From Squalus acanthias (lineage: Eukaryota), in NCBI GenBank assembly GCA_030390025.1, contig JASTWF010000325.1, positions 248,001 to 312,000 of the forward strand: a DNA stretch of 64,000 bases, given 5' to 3'. The notes beneath the pieces are model-generated. The model worked only from the letters and a program-made list of their open reading frames with translations. It did no database searches and was not told where the DNA came from. A program made the translations under genes and the position numbers. Each line of letters starts with the position of its first letter. Within the stretch, counting starts at the first letter, position 1. This document shows positions 33,401 to 45,459 of this stretch, piece after piece.

Positions 33401-36400
33401 ATCACTCCCTGTGTCCCTCTATCTCTCCCTGTGTCTCTCTATCTCTCCCTGTGTCTCTCTATCTCTCCCTGTGTCCCTCTATCACTCCCTGTGTCTTTCT
33501 ATCACTCCCTGTGTCCCTCTATCTCTCCCTGTGTCCCTCTATCACCCCCTGTGTCCCTCTATCTCTCCCTGTGTTCCTCTATCTCTCCGTGTCCCTCTTC
33601 TCTCCCTGTGTCCCTCTATCTCTCCCTGTGTCCCTCTATCTCTCCCTGTGTCCCTCTATCTCTCCCTGTGTCACTCTATCTCTCCATGCATCGCTCTATC
33701 ACTGCCTGTCTCCCTCTATCACTCCCTGTGTCGCTCTATCTCTCCCTGTGTCCCTCTATCTCTCCCTGTGTCTCTCTATCACTCCCTGTGTCCCTCTATC
33801 TCTCCCTGAGTTCCTCTATCACTCCCTGTGTCCCTCTATCTCTCCCTGAGTCCCTCTATCACTCCCGGTGTCCCTCTATCTCTCCCTGTGTCTCTCTATC
33901 TCTCCCTGTGACCCTCTATCACTCCCTGTGTCTTTCTATCACTCCCTGTGTCCCTCTATCTCTCCCTGTGTCCCTCTATCACTCCCTGTGTCGCTCTATC
34001 TCTCCCTGTGTCACTCTATCTCTCCGTGTCTCTCTATCACTCCCTTTGTCCCTCTATCTCTCCCTGTGTCCCTCTATCTCTCCCTGTGTCGCTCTATCTC
34101 TCCCTGTAACCCTCTATCTCTCCCTGTGTCTCTCTATCTCTCCCTGTGTCGCTCTATCTCTCCCTGTAACCCACTATCTCTCCCTGTGTCCCTCTATCTC
34201 TCCCTGTGTCCCTCTATCTCTCCCTGAGTCCCTCTATCTCTCCCTGAGTCCATCGATCTCTCCCTGTGTCCCTCTATCTCTCCCTGTGTTCCTCTATCTC
34301 TCCGTGTCCATCTATCTCTCCCTGTGTCCCTCTATCTCTCCCTGTGTCCCTCTATCTCTCCCTGTGTCCCTCTATCTCTCCCTGTATCACTCTATCTATC
34401 CATGTATCGCTCTATCACTGCCTGTGTCCCTCTATCACTCCCTGTGTCCCTCTATCTCTCCCTGTGTCCCTCTATCTCTCCCTGTGTCGCTCTATCTCTC
34501 CCTGTGTCCCTCTATCTCTCCCTGTGTCTCTCTATCACTCCCTGTGTCCCTCTATCTCTCCCTGTGTCCCTCTATCTCTCCGTGTGTCCCTCTATCTCTC
34601 CCTGTGTTCCTCTATCTCTCCCTGTGTCACGCTATCTCTCCCTGTGTCCCGCTATCTCTCCCTGTGTCCCTCTATCACTCCCTGTGTCGCTCTATCTCTC
34701 CCTGTGTCCCTCTATCTCTCGCTGTGTCCCTCTATCTCTCCCTGTGTCCCTCTATCTCTCCCTGTGTCCCTCTATCTCTCCCTGTGTCCCTCTATCTCTC
34801 CCTGTGTCCCTCTATCTCTCCCTGTGTCCCTCTATCTCTCCCTGTGTCCCTCTATCTCTCACTGTGTCCCTCTATCTCTCCCTGTGTCCCTCTATCTCTC
34901 CCTGTGTCCCTCTATCTCTCCCTGTGTCCCTCTATCTCTCCCTGTGTCCCTCTATCACTCCCTGTGTCCCGCTATCTCTCCGTGTGTCTCTCTATCTCTC
35001 CCTGTGTCGCTCTATCTCTCCCTGTGTCCCTCTATCTCTCCCTGAGTCCATCTATCTCTCCCTGTGTCCCTCTATCTCTCCCTGTGTCCCTCTATCTCTC
35101 CCTGAGTCCCTCTATCTCTCCCTGTGTCCCTCTATCTCTCCCTGTGTCCCTCCATCTCTCACTGTCTCCCTCTATCTCTCCCTGTGTCTCTCTATCTCTC
35201 CCTGTGTCTCTCTATCTCTCCCTGTGTCCCTCTATCACTCCCTGTGTCTTTCTATCACTCCCTGTGTCCCTCTATCTCTCCCTGTGTCCCTCTATCACTC
35301 ACTGTGTCGCTCTATCTCTCCCTGGGTCACTCTATCTCTCCCTGAGACCCTCTATCTCTCCCTGTGTCCCTCTATCACTCCCTGTGTCGCTCTATCTCTC
35401 CCTGATTTCCTCTATCACTCCCTGTGTCCCTCTATCTCTCCCTGTGTCCCTCTATCACTCCCTGTGTCCCTCTATCTCTCCCTGTGTCTCTCTATCTCTC
35501 CCTGTGTCTCTCTATCTCTCCCTGTGTCCCTCTATCACTCCCTGTGTCTTTCTATCACTCCCTGTGTCCATCTATCTCTCCCTGTGTCCCTCTATCACTC
35601 CCTGTGTCCCTCTATCTCTCCCTGTGTTCCTCTATCTCAACGTGTCCCTCTTCTCTCCCTGTGTCCCTCTATCTCTCCCTGTGTCCCTCTATCTCTCCCT
35701 GTGTCCCTCTATCTCTCCCTGTGTCACTCTATCTCTCCATGCATCGCTCTATCACTGCCTGTCTCCCTCTATCACTCCCTGTGTCGCTCTATCTCTCCCT
35801 GTGTCCCTCTATCTCTCCCTGTGTCTCTCTATCACTCCCTGTGTCCCTCTATCTCTCCCTGAGTTCCTCTATCACTCCCTGTGTCCCTCTATCTCTCCCT
35901 GAGTCCCTCTATCACTCCCTGTGTCCCTCTATCTCTCCCTGTGTCTCTCTATCTCTCCCTGTGTCCCTCTATCACTCCCTGTGTCTTTCTATCACTCCCT
36001 GTGTCCCTCTATCTCTCCCTGTGTCCCTCTATCACTCCCTGTGTCGCTCTATCTCTCCCTGTGTCACTCTATCTCTCCGTGTCTCTCTATCACTCCCTGT
36101 GTCCCTCTATCTCTCCCTGTGTCCCTCTATCTCTCCCTGTGTCGCTCTATCTCTCCCTGTAACCCTCTATCTCTCCCTGTGTCTCTCTATCTCTCCCTGT
36201 GTCGCTCTATCTCTCCCTGTAACCCACTATCTCTCCCTGTGTCCCTCTATCTCTCCCTGTGTCCCTCTATCTCTCCCTGAGTCCCTCTATCTCTCCCTGA
36301 GTCCATCGATCTCTCCCTGTGTCCCTCTATCTCTCCCTGTGTTCCTCTATCTCTCCGTGTCCATCTATCTCTCCCTGTGTCCCTCTATCTCTCCCTGTGT

Positions 36401-39400
36401 CCCTCTATCTCTCCCTGTGTCCCTCTATCTCTCCCTGTGTCACTCTATCTATCCATGTATCGCTCTATCACTGCCTGTGTCCCTCTATCACTCCCTGTGT
36501 CCCTCTATCTCTCCCTGTGTCCCTCTATCTCTCCCTGTGTCGCTCTATCTCTCCCTGTGTCCCTCTATCTCTCCCTGTGTCTCTCTATCACTCCCTGTGT
36601 CCCTCTATCTCTCCCTGTGTCCCTCTATCTCTCTGTGTGTCCCTCTATCTCTCCCTGTGTTCCTCTATCTCTCCCTGTGTCACGCTATCTCTCCCTGTGT
36701 CCCGCTATCTCTCCCTGTGTCCCTCTATCACTCCCTGTGTCGCTCTATCTCTCCCTGTGTCCCTCTATCTCTCGCTGTGTCCCTCTATCTCTCCCTGTGT
36801 CCCTCTATCTCTCCCTGTGTCCCTCTATCTCTCCCTGTGTCCCTCTATCTCTCCCTGTGTCCCTCTATCTCTCCCTGTGTCCCTCTATCTCTCCCTGTGT
36901 CCCTCTATCTCTCACTGTGTCCCTCTATCTCTCCCTGTGTCCCTCTATCTCTCCCTGTGTCCCTCTATCTCTCCCTGTGTCCCTCTATCTCTCCCTGTGT
37001 CCCTCTATCACTCCCTGTGTCCCGCTATCTCTCCGTGTGTCTCTCTATCTCTCCCTGTGTCGCTCTATCTCTCCCTGTGTCCCTCTATCTCTCCCTGAGT
37101 CCATCTATCTCTCCCTGTGTCCCTCTATCTCTCCCTGTGTCCCTCTATCTCTCCCTGAGTCCCTCTATCTCTCCCTGTGTCCCTCTATCTCTCCCTGTGT
37201 CCCTCCATCTCTCCCTATGTCGCTTAATCACTCCCTGTGTCCCTCTATCTCTCCCTATGTCGTTTAATCACTCCCTGTGTCCCTGTATCTCTCACTGTGT
37301 CCCTCTATCTCTCTGTGTCCCTCTATCTCTCCCTGTGTCCCTCTATCTCTCCCTGAGTCCATCTATCACTCCCTGTGTCGCTCTATCTCTCCCTGTGTCC
37401 CTCTATCTCTCCCTGTGTCCCTCTATCTCTCCCTGTGTCACTCTATCTCTCCCTGAGTTCCTCTATCAATCCCTGTGTCCCTCTATCTCTCCCTGAGTCC
37501 CTCTATCTCTCCCTGTGTCCCTCTATCTCTCCCTGTGTCCCTCTATCTCTCCCTATGTCGCTTAATCACTCCCTGTGTCCCTCCATCTCTCCCTATGTCA
37601 CTTAATCACTCCCTGTGTCCCTCTATCACTCCCTGTGTCCCTCTATCTCTCCCTGTGTCTCTCTATCACTCCGTGTCCCTCTATCTCTCCCTGATTTCCT
37701 CTATCACTCCCTGTGTCCCTCTATCTCTCCCTGTGTCCCTCTATCACTCCCTGTGTCCCTCTATCTCTCCCTGTGTCTCTCTATCTCTCCCTGTGTCCCT
37801 CTATCACTCCCTGTGTCTTTCTATCACTCCCTGTGTCCCTCTATCTCTCCCTGTGTCCCTCTATCACTCCCTGTGTCGCTCTATCTCTCCCTGTGTCACT
37901 CGATCTCTCCCTGAGACCCTCTATCTCTCCCTGTGTCCCTCTATCACTCCCTGTGTAGCTCTATCTCTCCCTGTGTCAGTCTATCTCTCCCTGTGTCCAT
38001 GTATCTCTCCCTATGTCCCTCTTTCTCTCCCTGTGTCGCTCTATCACTCCCTGTGTCCCTCTATCTCTCCCTGAGTCCCTCTATCACTCCCTGTGTCCCT
38101 CTATCTCTCCCTGTGTCCCTCTATCTCTCCGTGTGTCGCTCTATCTCTCCCTGTGTCTCTCTATCACTCCCTGTGTCCCTCTATCTCTCCCTGTGTCCCT
38201 CTATCTCTCCCTGTGTCGCTCTATCTCTCCCTGTAACCCTCTATCTCTCCCTGTGTCTCTCTATCTCTCCCTGTGTCGCTCTATCTCTCCCTGTAACCCT
38301 CTATCTCTCCCTGTGTCCCTCTATCTCTCCCTGTGTCCCTCTATCTCTCCCTGTGTCTCTCTATCTCTCCCTGTGTCCCTCTATCTCTCCCTGTGTCCCT
38401 CTTTCTCTCCCTGTGTCCCTCTATCACTCCCTGTGTCCCTCTATCTCTCCCTGTGTCGCTCTATCTCTCCCTGTGTCCCTCTATCTCTCCGTGTCCCTCT
38501 ATCTCTCCCTGTGTCGCTCTATCTCTCCCTGTGTCCCTCTATCTCTCCATGTCCCTCTATCTCTCCACATGTTTCTCTATCACTCCCTGTGTCCCTCTAT
38601 CACTCCCTGTGTCGCTCTATCACTCCCTGAGACCCTCTATCTCTCCGTGTGTCCCTCTATCACTCCCTGTGTCGCTCTATCTCTCCCTGTGTCACTCTAT
38701 CTTTCCCTGTGTCCCTCTATCATTCCCTGTGTCGCTCTATCTCTCCCTGTGTCCCTCTATCACTCCCTGTGTCCCTCTATCACTCCCTGTGTCCCTCTAT
38801 CACTCCCTGTGTCCCTCTATCTCTCCCTGTCGCTCTATCTCTCCGTGTCCCTCTATCTCTCCCTGTGTCCCTCTATCACTCCCTGTGTCGCTCTATCTCT
38901 CCCTGTATCACTCTATCACTCCCTGTGTCCCTCTATCACTCCCTGTGTCCCTCTATCACTCCCTGTGTCCCTCTATCACTCCCTGTGTCGCTCTATCACT
39001 CCCTTTGTCACTCTATCACTCCCTGTGTCCCTCTATCACTCCCTGTGTCGCTCTATCACTCCCTGTGCCCCTCTATCACTCCCTGTGTCGCTCTATTTCT
39101 CCGTATGTCGCTCTATCTCTCCCTGTGTCCCTCTATCTCTCCCTGTGTCTCTCTATCTCTCCCTGTGTCCCTCTATCACTCCCTGTGTCCCTCTATCTCT
39201 CCCTGAGTCCCTCTATCTCTCCCTGTGTCTCTCTATCACTCCCTGTGTCCCTCTATCTCTCCCTGAGTTCCTCTATCTCTCCCTGTGTCCCTCTATCTCT
39301 CCGTGAGTCCCTCTATCACTCCTTGTGTCCCTCTATCTCTCCCTGTCTCTCTCTATCACTCCCTGTGTCCCTCTATCTCTCCCTGTGTCCCTCTATCACT

Positions 39401-42400
39401 CCCTGTGACCCTCTATCTCTCCCTGTGTCCCTCTATCACTCCCTGTGTCGCTCTATCTCTCCCTGTGTCACTCTATCTCTCCCTGAGACCCTCTATCTCT
39501 CCCTGTGTCCCTCTATCACTCCCTGTGTCGCTCTATCTCTCCCTGTGTCACTCTATCTCTCCCTGTGTCCCTCTACCTCTCCCTATGTCCCTCTTTCTCT
39601 CCCTGTGTCCCTCTATCACTCCCTGTGTCCCTCTATCACTCCCTGTGTCCCTCTATCTCTCCCTGTGTCGCTCTATCTCTCCCTGTGTCCCTCTATCTCT
39701 CCGTGTGTCCCTCTATCTCTCCCTGTGTCCCTCTATCTCTCCCTGTGTCGCTCTATCTCTCCCTGTGTCGCTCTATCTCTCCCTGTAACCCTCTATCTCT
39801 CCCTGTGTCTCTCTATCTCTCCCTGTGTCGCTCTATCTCTCCCTGTAACCCTCTATCTCTCCCTGTGTCCCTCTATCTCTCCCTGTGTCCCTCTATCTCT
39901 CCCTGTGTCCCTCTATCTCTCCCTGTGTCGCTCTATCTCTCCCTGTGTCGCTCTATCTCTCCCTGTAACCCTCTATCTATCCCTGTGTCCCTCTATCTCT
40001 CCCTGTGTCCCTCTATCTCTCCCTGTGACCCTCTATCTCTCCCTGTGTCCCTCTATCACTCCCTGTGTCCCTCTATCTCTCCGTGTGTCCCTCTATCACT
40101 CCCTGTGTCCCTCTATCTCTCCGTGTGTCGCTTAAGCACTCCCTGTGTCACTCTATCTCTCCCTGTGTCCCTCTATCTCTCCCTGTGTCCCTCTATCACT
40201 CCCTGTGTCCCTCTATCTCTCCGTGTGTCCCTCTATCTCTCCCTGTGTCCCTCTATCTCTCCGTGTGTCGCTTAATCACTCCCTGTGTCACTCTATCACT
40301 CCCTGTGTCCCTCTATCTCTCCGTGTGTCGCTTAATCACTCCCTGTGTCCCTCTATCACTCCCTGTGTCCCTCTATCTCTCCCTGTGTCTCTCTATCACT
40401 CCCTGTGTCCCTCTATCTCTCCCTGAGTTCCTCTATCACTCCCTGTGTCCCTCTATCTCTCCCTGAGTCCCTCTATCTCTCCCTGTGTCCCTCTATCTCT
40501 CCCTGTGTCCCTCTATCTCTCCCTATGTCGCTTAATCACTCCCTGTGTCCCTCTATCTCTCCCTATGTCGCTTAATCACTGCTGTGTCCCTCTATCTCTC
40601 CGTGTGTCCCTCTATCTCTCCCTGTGTTCCTCTATCTCTCCGTGTCCCTCTATCTCTCCCTGTGTCCCTCTATCTCTCCCTGTGTCCCTCTATCTCTCCC
40701 TGTGTCCCTCTATCTCTCCCTGTGTCACTCTATCTCTCCATGTATCGCTCTATCACTGCCTGTGTCCCTCTATCACTCCCTATGTCCCTCTATCTCTCTC
40801 TGTGTCCCTCTATCTCTCCCTGTGTCGCTCTATCTCTCCCTGTGTCCCTCTATCTCCCCTTGTGTCTCTCTATCACTCCCTGTGTCCCTCTATCTCTCCC
40901 TGAGTTCCTCTATCACTCCCTGTGTCCCTCTATCTCTCCCTGAGTCCCTCTATCACTCCCTGTGTCCCTCTATCTCTCCCTGTGACTCTCTATCTCTCCC
41001 TGTGTCTCTCTATCTCTCCCTGTGTCCCTCTATCACTCCCTGTGTCTTTCTATCACTCCCTGTGTCCCTCTATCTCTCCCTGTGTCCCTCTATCACTCCC
41101 TGTGTCGCTCTATCTCTCCCTGTGTCATTCTATCTCTCCCTGAGACCCTCTATCTCTCCCTGTGTCCCTCTATCACTCCCTGTGTCGCTCTATCTCTCCC
41201 TGTGTCACTCTATCTCTCCCTGTGTCCCTCTATCTCTCCCTATGTCCCTCTTTCTCTCCCTGTGTCGCTCTATCACTCCCTGTGTCCCTCTATCTCTCCC
41301 TGAGTCCCTCTATCACTCCCTGTGTCCCTCTATCTCTCCCTGTGTCCCTCTATCTCTCCCTGTGTCCCTCTATCTCTCCGTGTGTCGCTCTATCTCTCCC
41401 TGTGTCTCTCTATCACTCCCTGTGTTCCTCTATCTCTCCCTGTGTCCCTCTATCTCTCCCTGTGTCGCTCTATCTCTCCCTGTAACCCTCTATCTCTCCC
41501 TGTGTCTCTCTATCTCTCCCTGTGTCGCTCTATCTCTCCCTGTAACCCTCTATCTCTCCCTTTGTCCCTCTATTTAAGGGTTACGGGGAGCGGGCAGGAA
41601 TTTGGACATGAGTCTAGGTTCGGATCGGTCATGGCCCTGTGGGTAGTGGAGCGGGCCCAGGGACCGTGTAGCCTGATTCTGCTCCTATTTCTTGTGTGCA
41701 ATTCTGTTAGATGCAGGAGATGGTTCTGTGTCCCTCTATCTCTCCCTGTGTCCCTCTATCACTCCCTGTGTCCCTCTATCTATCCCTGTGTCCCTCTATC
41801 TCTCCCTGTGTCCCTCTATCTCTCCCTGTGTCCCTCTATCTCTCCCTGTGTCCCTCTATCACTCCCTGTGTCCCTCTATCTCTCCGTGTGTCCCTCTATC
41901 ACTCCCTGTGTCCCTCTATCTCTCCGTGTGTCGCTTAAGCACTCCCTGTGTCACTCTATCTCTCCCTGTGTCCCTCTATCTCTCCCTGTGTCCCTCTATC
42001 ACTCCCTGTGTCCCTCTATCTCTCCCTGTGTCCCTCTATCTCTCCCTGTGTCCCTCTATCTCTCCCTGTGTCCCTCTATCTCTCCCTGTGTCCCTCTATC
42101 TCTCCCTGTGTCCCTCTATCACTCCCTGTGTCCCTCTATCTATCCCTGTGTCCCTCTATCTCTCCCTGTGTCCCTCTATCTCTCCCTGTGTCCCTCTATC
42201 TCTCCCTGTGTCCCTCTATCTCTCCGTGTGTCCCTCTATCACTCCCTGTGTCCCTCTATCTCTCCGTGTGTCGCTTAAGCACTCCCTGTGTCACTCTATC
42301 TCTCCCTGTGTCCCTCTATCTCTCCCTGTGTCCCTCTATCACTCCCTGTGTCCCTCTATCTCTCCGTGTGTCCCTCTGCTCTCCCTGTGTCCCTCTATCT

Positions 42401-44935
42401 CTCCGTGTGTCGCTTAATCACTCCCTGTGTCACTCTATCACTCCCTGTGTCCCTCTATCTCTCCGTGTGTCGCTTAATCACTCCCTGTGTCCCTCTATCA
42501 CTCCCTGTGTCCCTCTATCTCTCCCTGTGTCTCTCTATCACTCCCTGTGTCCCTCTATCTCTCCCTGAGTTCCTCTATCACTCCCTGTGTCCCTCTATCT
42601 CTCCCTGAGTCCCTCTATCTCTCCCTGTGTCCCTCTATCTCTCCCTGTGTCCCTCTATCTCTCCCTATGTCGCTTAATCACTCCCTGTGTCCCTCTATCT
42701 CTCCCTATGTCGCTTAATCACTCCCTGTGTCCCTCTATCTCTCCGTGTGTCCCTCTATCTCTCCCTGTGTTCCTCTATCTCTCCGTGTCCCTCTATCTCT
42801 CCCTGTGTCCCTCTATCTCTCCCTGTGTCCCTCTATCTCTCCCTGTGTCACTCTATCTCTCCATGTATCGCTCTATCACTGCCTGTGTCCCTCTATCACT
42901 CCCTATCTCCCTCTATCTCTCTCTGTGTCCCTCTATCTCTCCCTGTGTCGCTCTATCTCTCCCTGTGTCCCTCTATCTCCCCTTGTGTCTCTCTATCACT
43001 CCCTGTGTCCCTCTATCTCTCCCTGAGTTCCTCTATCACTCCCTGTGTCCCTCTATCTCTCCCTGAGTCCCTCTATCACTCCCTGTGTCCCTCTATCTCT
43101 CCCTGTGACTCTCTATCTCTCCCTGTGTCTCTCTATCTCTCCCTGTGTCCCTCTATCACTCCCTGTGTCTTTCTATCACTCCCTGTGTCCCTCTATCTCT
43201 CCCTGTGTCCCTCTATCACTCCCTGTGTCGCTCTATCTCTCCCTGTGTCATTCTATCTCTCCCTGAGACCCTCTATCTCTCCCTGTGTCCCTCTATCACT
43301 CCCTGTGTCGCTCTATCTCTCCCTGTGTCACTCTATCTCTCCCTGTGTCCCTCTATCTCTCCCTATGTCCCTCTTTCTCTCCCTGTGTCGCTCTATCACT
43401 CCCTGTGTCCCTCTATCTCTCCCTGAGTCCCTCTATCACTCCCTGTGTCCCTCTATCTCTCCCTGTGTCCCTCTATCTCTCCCTGTGTCCCTCTATCTCT
43501 CCGTGTGTCGCTCTATCTCTCCCTGTGTCTCTCTATCACTCCCTGTGTTCCTCTATCTCTCCCTGTGTCCCTCTATCTCTCCCTGTGTCGCTCTATCTCT
43601 CCCTGTAACCCTCTATCTCTCCCTGTGTCGCTCTATCTCTCCCTGTGTCGCTCTATCTCTCCCTGTAACCCTCTATCTCTCCCTTTGTCCCTCTATCTCT
43701 CCCTGTGTCCCTCTATCTCTCCCTGTGTCTCTCTATCTCTCCCTGTGTCCCTCTATCTCTCCCTGTGTCCCTCTTTCTCTCCCTGTGTCCCTCTATCACT
43801 CCCTGTGTCCCTCTATCTCTCCCTGTGTCGCTCTATCTCTCCCTGTGTCCCTCTATCTCTCCGTGTCCCTCTATCTCTCCCTGTGTCGCTCTATCTCTCC
43901 CTGTGTCCCTCTATCTCTCCATGTCCCTCTATCTCTCCACGTGTTTCTCTATCACTCCCTGTGTCCCTCTATCACTCCCTGTGTCGCTCTATCACTCCCT
44001 GAGACCCTCTATCTCTCTGTGTGTCCCTCTATCACTCCCTGTGTCGCTCTATCTCTCCCTGTGTCACTCTATCTCTCCCTGAGACCCTCTATCTCTCCCT
44101 GTGTCGCTCTATCACTCCCTGTGTCCCTCTATCACTCCCTGTGTCCCTCTATCACTCCCTGTGTCCCTCTATCACTCCCTGTGTCCCTCTATCACTCCCT
44201 GTGTCGCTCTATCACTCCCTGTGTCGCTCTATCACTTCCTGTGTCACTCTATCACTCACTGTGACCCTCTATCACTCCCTGTGTCGCTCTATCTCTCCCT
44301 GTGTCCCTCTATCTCTCCGTGTGTCACTCTATCTCTCCCTGTGTCCCTCTATCACTCCCTGTGTCGCTCTATCTCTCCCTATGTCACTCTATCTCTCCCT
44401 GTGTCCCTCTATCTCTCCGTGTGTCCCTCTATCTCTCCCTGTGTCCCTCTATCTCTCCCTGTGTCGCTCTATCACTCCCTGTGTCCCTCTATCTCTCCCT
44501 GTGTCCCTCTATCTCTCCCTGTGTCGCTCTATCTCTCCCTGAGTCCCTCTATCTCTCCCTGAGTCCCTCTATCTCTCCCTGTGTCCCTCTATCACTCCCT
44601 GTGTCGCTCTATCTCTCCCTGTGTCACTCTATCTCTCCCTGTGTCCCGCTTTCTCTCCCTGTGACCCTCTATTAGCCCCTGTGTCCCTCTATCACTCCCT
44701 GTGTCCCTCTATCTCTCCCTGTTGCTCTATCTCTCACTGTGTCCCTCTATCTCTCCGTGTCCCTCTATCTCTCCCTGTGTCGCTCTATCTCTCCCTGTGT
44801 CGCTCTATCTCTCCGTGTCCCTCTATCTCTCCATGTGTTTCTCTGTCTCTCCCTATGTCCCTCTTTCTCTCCCTGTGACCCTCTATCTCTCCCTGTGTCC
44901 CTGTCACTCTATCACTCCCTGTGTACCTCTCCCTG
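24420..44935. repeat. Large minisatellite of about 20.5 kb, 20-bp unit (CTCTATCTCTCCCTGTGTCC), with kb-scale higher-order duplications
   Basis: Roughly 1000 tandem units. All ORFs here (SLYLSLCPSISPCVPL...) are artefacts of the repeat. Confidence 0.98.
41572..41726 (+). mobile_element. Diverged CR1-like 3' end fragment inside the 20-bp array
   Basis: AAGGGTTACGGGGAGCGGGCAGGA..GGAGCGGGC..CTGCTCCTATTTCTT resembles the CR1 3' UTR seen at 17720-17850. Confidence 0.6.
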
Positions 44936-45087
44936 TAGCCCATTCCCCATAAGTTCCATGCGATTCTCTCTCAGTTTTTATGGTCTTTCCCTGTGCCACA
45001 GATTTGACCCTTGTTGAGCTTCCTGAGGCCGGGTTCTGTCCATTGGGATTTGGGGTTTGAGCCGATGGCAGCAACTTTGTTTAATGG

Positions 45088-45402
45088 GAGCGGTAGCCTA
45101 GTGGTTATGTTACTGGGCTGGTAATCCAGAGGCCTGGACTAATGATCCGGAGACGCGAATTCAAACCCCACCACGGCAGCTGGGAATTTAAATTCAGTTC
45201 ATTAAATAAATCCAGAATTAAAAGCTAGTGTCAGTAATGGTGACTATGAAATTATTGGATTTTCATAAAAACCCATCTGGTTCACTAATGTCCTTTAGGG
45301 AAGGAAATCTGCCGTCCTTACCTGGTCTTGCCTGTGTGAGACTCCAGACTCAAAGCAATGTGGTTGACTCTTAACTGCCCTCTGGCAAGGCCTAGCAAGC
45401 CA
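45088..45402 (+). mobile_element. tRNA-derived SINE
   Basis: A-box-like TAGCCTAGTGG, B-box-like GAATTCAAACCC, body GGTTCACTAATGTCCTTTAGGGAAGGAAA. Confidence 0.65.
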
Positions 45403-45459
45403 GTATAAGAAACAATAATAAGAATAAAACCACGCGGCATCGAGCTAGGCACCGGCACA

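Noticed and set aside
24352..45017. Many long ORFs (up to 843 aa) rich in S, L, P, C and V
   Set aside because: Translations of a 20-bp repeat lacking stop codons; all three frames are open and no domain is present.
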